Assembly (NCBI GenBank): GCA_963713045.1
Contig: CAVQKE010000003.1
Location: 864,001-928,000 of the forward strand
Source of the DNA: an uncultured delta proteobacterium
Lineage (GTDB): Bacteria > Myxococcota > Myxococcia > Myxococcales > Myxococcaceae
Direction: 5' to 3'
Length of the DNA stretch: 64,000 nt
Part shown: one piece after another, positions 59,418-64,000 of the stretch
Layout of the letters: every line of letters begins with the position of its first letter
Position numbering within the stretch: position 1 is the stretch's first letter
The notes under the pieces: model-generated
Seen by the model: the letters and a program-made list of their open reading frames with translations, nothing else
What the model was told of the DNA's origin: nothing
Databases searched by the model: none
Translations under genes and position numbers: made by a program

Positions 59418-60755
59418 CTACAGGGCGCCGACGGCCAGCAGGTGGCCGACGCTTGGGTCTTCAGCGTAAGCGGCCAGCAGGTGGTCTGCCGGGGAACGGC
59501 CGCTCTGGGCCGTGTCCTCCAGGGGTTCGAGCAGGGGCGCGTCCTCTGGGTCCAAGCGGCGCAGCCCCTCTTTGGCGATTCGCACCATTTCGACAGCCAG
59601 CTCGCCAATGCGGGTCCCTCGAAGCATCCCGTGTAAGCCGAGGCGCTGCGCCTCGGCGTGGAAGGCGAGGTGGTCGGCGAAGGAGAGCTTGGGAAAAAGG
59701 CGCCCGGCGTCCTCCATCGCCTGGGCGTCATAAAGCAAACCTCGCCACAATGCGGCCATCGCGCCGGCGGTCGCGGCCGAGCCGCTGTCGGCAGAGCGGA
59801 CTTCCAAAACGGACTTCAGGCGCACCTCGGGGAAGAGGGTCGATAGGTGGTCGACCCAGTCCGATGCCAGCGCCGGAGTCCCCTCGTACCCGTGCAGAAG
59901 GAGGGCCCGGAAGGTGAGGTCCGGACTGACGTAGCGGCCAGCGCGGCGCAGAAACAGCAAGGGCGCATCGAGCGCCCACTCGACGTAGGCCTGGTAACTG
60001 AAAGAGCCGTCGACGAGGGCTGGGAAGTAGCCACACCGCGTCGGGTCGACCTCGTTCCAGACGCGGCTTCGGTAGCTTTGCCAACCGACTGGCCGCCCCT
60101 GGACGAGCGGGCTGTTGGCGTAGAGCGCGACCAACACCGGCGCCAGGCGGGCCGCCAGCGTCACCTTCCGCGCGCAGTCAGCTTCGTCCGCCCAGTCGAG
60201 CGAGACTTGGGTGGTGCAGGTCATCAGCATCATGTCGAGCGCCAGCCGGCCGCGCTTGCCGAGGGTCTCGCGCATCGCCGCGTAGCGCGCCTTCGGCATC
60301 CACGGCATTTGGTCGGTGGTACCCCAGGGCCGGTAGCCAAAGCACACCGGGATGAGGTCCAGCGACCTGGCGGCCGCCCGCAGCTCAGCTGCGTTGAGCA
60401 AGTTCTCCGTTTGCGCCTCGCGAGCCGTGGGGAATGGGGACCCGGACAATTCGACCTGCCCCCCGGGCTCGAGGGAAACGGTGAGGCGAGGCTTGACCAG
60501 GGCGATGGTGGGCCCGCCGGGGGTTTCGCGAAAGGGCTGGTAGCCCGCCGGCTGCATGGCTTCGAGGAGCGCGCCAATGCCGTTGGGCCCAGCAAAAGCC
60601 ACGGGTTGGGAGGAGCCCCGCGCGTACACCAAGCGCTCGTGCTCCAGGCCGACGCGGAACGCGCTGGCGGGCTTCTCCGCGGCGCGAAAGCCGTCGACCA
60701 GGCTCTGGACGGTGCTGAGCGCTCGGACGTCGGAGGGGGCGCGGTCGAGAGTCAT
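59418..60755 (-). CDS. gshA: Glutamate-cysteine ligase (GCS2, plant/alphaproteobacterial type)
   Basis: VGLEHE, SLEPGGQVELSG, WMPKARY, TLFPEVRLKSVLEVRSAD. Confidence 0.9.
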   Translation of the reverse strand: MTLDRAPSDVRALSTVQSLVDGFRAAEKPASAFRVGLEHERLVYARGSSQPVAFAGPNGIGALLEAMQPAGYQPFRETPGGPTIALVKPRLTVSLEPGGQVELSGSPFPTAREAQTENLLNAAELRAAARSLDLIPVCFGYRPWGTTDQMPWMPKARYAAMRETLGKRGRLALDMMLMTCTTQVSLDWADEADCARKVTLAARLAPVLVALYANSPLVQGRPVGWQSYRSRVWNEVDPTRCGYFPALVDGSFSYQAYVEWALDAPLLFLRRAGRYVSPDLTFRALLLHGYEGTPALASDWVDHLSTLFPEVRLKSVLEVRSADSGSAATAGAMAALWRGLLYDAQAMEDAGRLFPKLSFADHLAFHAEAQRLGLHGMLRGTRIGELAVEMVRIAKEGLRRLDPEDAPLLEPLEDTAQSGRSPADHLLAAYAEDPSVGHLLAVGAL

Positions 60756-60944
60756 GAGCCGGGGAGAAGCGGGCAGCCTCTATAACCTGGGCCGGCCGGT
60801 CGGCGCCTCATTCGCCGCCCGGGCGCCACACGGTTACCTTGAAGGGCCTCCGGCCCGGCGATTAGAGTCGTTGGCAGGAAGCATATCCCTCCTCCACTGT
60901 TGTCCTGACTCTCCGGGGCGCCTTTCCTCTGGGGCCCTCACTCT

Positions 60945-63900
60945 ATGCGTATTTTTCGTCGACTCCTTCTGGTCGTGGTGCTGCTCGGCGCTTGGGCCTT
61001 TGTTGGCCGTGACCGCGCTCCTCTTCCCGTCACCTTCAATGAGGCCGTCGCCGGACCGGCCGCCGGGCCATCTCATCTGGAAGGAGCCCCCGAGGGCCTC
61101 CATCCCGCGGACAAGTCCAGCCACGACCTCTCCGCACTCAAAATCTTTAACAAAGTCGTCCTTTACGTGAAGGACAACTACGTCGACCCAAAGCGCATCC
61201 GTCCCAAGGAGATGCTGGTCCAGGCCCTAGAGGCCGTGGAACGCACAGTCCCGGAGGTCAGGGTCGAGCCGGACAAGGACCAAGACCACGTCACGCTGGA
61301 CGTCAACGGCAAAGTCAAAGAGTACGACATCAGCCACGTCGACTCGCTGTGGAAGATGTCTTTCACCATGAAGGACATCTTCGAATTCATCTCGGCCAAC
61401 ATGCGCCCGATCGAGGACAGCCGTCAGGTGGAGTACGCAGCCATCAACGGGATGCTTTCCACACTGGACCCGCATTCCATTTTGCTCCTCCCCGACCAGT
61501 ACCGGGAGATGCGCCTCACCACCAAAGGAGAGTTCGGCGGCCTCGGCTTCGTCATTCAGATGCGGGAGAGCAACCTCACGGTGGTGAAGGTGCTGCCGGG
61601 GACACCTGCCAACCGGGCCGGCATCAAGAAGGACGATGTCATCCGGAAAATCGGTGAGGAGTCCACCGTGAACATGGACCTCAACGAGGCGGTCAACAAA
61701 CTGCGCGGTCCGGTTGGCAGCAAGGTGACCATCACGGTCGAGCGAAAAGGGCTCGACAAACCGATGGTGCTGAGCCTCGCCCGGGACATGATTTCCATCG
61801 AGTCGGTGCAGTCCAAGCTCCTCGCTGGCAACGTGGGCTACGTCCGATTGAAGAATTTCCAAGGCAACACCACCCGCGACCTGCAAGCCGCGCTGGCCAA
61901 GTTGGCGGCCGAAACCAAGGCGACCGGCGGGTTGAAGGGTTTGGTGCTCGACCTGCGGGGAGACCCCGGAGGCCTCCTCGAACAGGCGATTCAGGTGACG
62001 GACCTCTTTGTCAGCCAGGGCACCATTGTCACCACCGTGGCGCAGATGGAGCGCGTCCGAGAGGAAAAGCGCGCACACGCCGATGAGGGGGACATCACCG
62101 TCCCGCTGGCAGTGCTGGTCAACCCGGGCAGCGCCTCGGCCTCGGAAATTGTCGCCGGCGCGCTCAAGAACCTCAACCGAGCGACCATCATCGGCCAGCA
62201 AACCTTCGGCAAAGGCTCGGTCCAGGTGCTGTACGAATTCCCGTCGCCTTCCGGCAACACCAACGAGGAGAGCGCCCTCAAGCTGACCATCGCCAAGTAC
62301 CTGACCCCCGGCGACGTCTCCATCCAAGAGGTGGGGATTGAACCTGACATCGAGCTCATCCCCACGCGAGTGACGGCCGACCGGGTGACGGTCTTTGCCC
62401 CTCGGAAGACCATCGGGGAAGCCGACCTCGAACACCATTTCGGAAACCCCTCCAGCCAAGCCGCGGCCACCAAACGCGAAGAAGTCCTCGGACGGGAGAA
62501 GCCGGTCGCCACCGTGCGCTACCTGAAGGAGGACACCCGGCAGAAGGACGCCGCCGCCCGCCAGCAGAAGCTGGAGGAGGGCAAGGACCCCAAGCTCTCC
62601 AAGACCGACAAAGGCCTCGGAAAGAAGAAGCCGGGCGAGGCCGAGGTGCCAGACAGTGACCCCGGTCACATCGACGAGGACCTCTACGACCAACTCGATG
62701 CCGACACCCAGGACGAGGTGAAGGAGGACTTCGAGGTCCAGTTCGCTCGGGACTTTGTGCTGAAGGCGCCCGCCTCCCAGCGCGACCGAATGCTGGCACT
62801 GGGAGCGCCGTTCATCCAGGAACGGATGGAGAAGGAGCAGGAGCGCATCAACGATGCCATCACCGCTCTGGGCGTGGATTGGACTCCGGGACCGACACCC
62901 AAGGCTCCGCAACTGCAGGCCACGTTGAAGCCGGGCTCCGAGCGCCGAATCCAAGCGGGCGAGAAATTCGACCTCGAGCTGACCGTCGAGAACCGAGGCA
63001 GCGAGCCCATCAAGCGGCTTCGCGCATGGACCGAAAGTGAGAACCCGCTGCTCGACCGTCGCGAGTTCCTCTTCGGCGCGCTGAAGCCGGGAGAGAAGCG
63101 GAGCTGGAAGGTCTCGGTTCAGATTCCCAAGGACATGAGCAGCCGTCGCGACGATGTGACGGTGAAATTCCTCGACGATTCGGGGCCGCTTCCGGAAACC
63201 CTGGTTGCCGAGCTGAACTTTGCGGAGCTGGCGCGCCCAGCCTTCGCTATCGGCTGGCAAGTCATCGACGACTGCCCGGTATGCAACGGGGATGGCGTCG
63301 TGCAGCGAGGCGAAGCAGTTCAAATTTTGGTGGACGTCACCAACATCGGGCCCGGCAAGGCGCTCGACGCCTTTGCTCAAATCAAGAACGGCGCGGACCA
63401 AAACGTCTTCATCGACAAAGGGCGGTTCCGACTGGGGGACCTGGCCACCGGAGAGACCAAGACGGCGCGCTTCGAACTCGAAGTGAAGAAGGGCTATGTG
63501 GGGGACACCTTCCCCCTCAAATTTGCCGTCGGGGATGTGCAGCTCGAGGAATTTGCCACCGAGAAACTTCAGATTCCGATTGCCGACCACCCGCTCAATG
63601 TGGACGCCCGAAAAGGGCTGGTGCGGTTGGAGGGTGGGACGGCCGTCCTCGGTCGCCCGGACCCTCAGTCGGGAACGCTTTTCAAAGTGGCCAAGGGAGG
63701 CGCAGTGGTGCCGGAGCTGGCCCGCGTCAACGGGCTGGTCAAGGTCGAGCTGGAGAAGGGTCGGTTCGCGTTCGTCCGCAGCCAGGACGCCCATCAGGTG
63801 AAGTCAGGCAAGCTGGCCACGGCCAAGGACTTTCAGTCCCTCCCCTTCCGCGACCCGCCCCAAATCTCCTTCAACGTCGACCCGGAGAAGGGCGGCGTGG

Positions 63901-64000
63901 TGGCCACCGGTGAGCGGTTTACACTCAGTGGCAGCGTCTCCGACCCGCTCGGACTGCTGGACATGTACGTGCTGGTGAACGACCACAAGGTGTACTTCAG
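60945..64000 (+). CDS. S41 carboxyl-terminal processing protease with PDZ and C-terminal Ig-like domains, 3' truncated by the window edge (missing from the ORF track)
   Basis: Manual translation from ATG 60945: MRIFRRLLLVVVLLGAW anchor, LDPHS, GEFGGLG (PDZ), LDLRGDPGG, GSASASEIVAGAL (62121+) and TFGKGSVQ; the same frame reads as sensible protein at the window end. Confidence 0.92.
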   Translation, partial: MRIFRRLLLVVVLLGAWAFVGRDRAPLPVTFNEAVAGPAAGPSHLEGAPEGLHPADKSSHDLSALKIFNKVVLYVKDNYVDPKRIRPKEMLVQALEAVERTVPEVRVEPDKDQDHVTLDVNGKVKEYDISHVDSLWKMSFTMKDIFEFISANMRPIEDSRQVEYAAINGMLSTLDPHSILLLPDQYREMRLTTKGEFGGLGFVIQMRESNLTVVKVLPGTPANRAGIKKDDVIRKIGEESTVNMDLNEAVNKLRGPVGSKVTITVERKGLDKPMVLSLARDMISIESVQSKLLAGNVGYVRLKNFQGNTTRDLQAALAKLAAETKATGGLKGLVLDLRGDPGGLLEQAIQVTDLFVSQGTIVTTVAQMERVREEKRAHADEGDITVPLAVLVNPGSASASEIVAGALKNLNRATIIGQQTFGKGSVQVLYEFPSPSGNTNEESALKLTIAKYLTPGDVSIQEVGIEPDIELIPTRVTADRVTVFAPRKTIGEADLEHHFGNPSSQAAATKREEVLGREKPVATVRYLKEDTRQKDAAARQQKLEEGKDPKLSKTDKGLGKKKPGEAEVPDSDPGHIDEDLYDQLDADTQDEVKEDFEVQFARDFVLKAPASQRDRMLALGAPFIQERMEKEQERINDAITALGVDWTPGPTPKAPQLQATLKPGSERRIQAGEKFDLELTVENRGSEPIKRLRAWTESENPLLDRREFLFGALKPGEKRSWKVSVQIPKDMSSRRDDVTVKFLDDSGPLPETLVAELNFAELARPAFAIGWQVIDDCPVCNGDGVVQRGEAVQILVDVTNIGPGKALDAFAQIKNGADQNVFIDKGRFRLGDLATGETKTARFELEVKKGYVGDTFPLKFAVGDVQLEEFATEKLQIPIADHPLNVDARKGLVRLEGGTAVLGRPDPQSGTLFKVAKGGAVVPELARVNGLVKVELEKGRFAFVRSQDAHQVKSGKLATAKDFQSLPFRDPPQISFNVDPEKGGVVATGERFTLSGSVSDPLGLLDMYVLVNDHKVYF

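Noticed and set aside
61227..63794. 855-aa minus-strand ORF
   Set aside because: Antisense shadow of the + strand S41 protease; no motifs of its own.
1..64000. CRISPR arrays, tRNA/rRNA genes, IS elements, prophage or defence genes
   Set aside because: No spaced direct repeats, cloverleaf sequences, transposase/integrase motifs or defence domains were seen by eye.

Overview
GC-rich chromosomal window from a myxobacterium (Myxococcota, Cystobacterineae/Myxococcaceae-like), largely syntenic with the Myxococcus xanthus type IVa pilus (T4aP) locus as I recall it. From left to right: (1) a partial class V aminotransferase and an atypical Ser/Thr-rich lipoprotein; (2) ppx, a spinster-like MFS transporter and a five-gene type III PKS cluster (PKS, ICMT-family methyltransferase, ACP, FAAL, FAD oxidoreductase), then a DUF748-like protein and a peptidoglycan-binding lipoprotein; (3) a long minus-strand run of pilBTC-pilSR, pilD-pilS2R2, XRE-pilMNOPQ, a lipoprotein, mglC, efp, accBC, sgmX, an ExeA-type ATPase, tamB, a 7-POTRA Omp85 and a Tat amidase, interrupted by a pilAGHI block on the opposite strand with its own sigma54 promoter; (4) ribF, trmB, alaS, a PilZ-like/pseudo-Hsp70 fusion, glutamate-cysteine ligase and a partial S41 protease missing from the ORF track. 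The most notable observations are a gene at 51053-51987 that appears to encode two tandem Hfq-like Sm domains and is split by a -1 frameshift in a G6 tract, the inverted pilAGHI block, a catalytically degenerate PilZ-Hsp70, and candidate lipid-export genes flanking the PKS cluster. I saw no rRNA, tRNA, CRISPR array or mobile element. All calls come from reading motifs by eye; no database searches were run.
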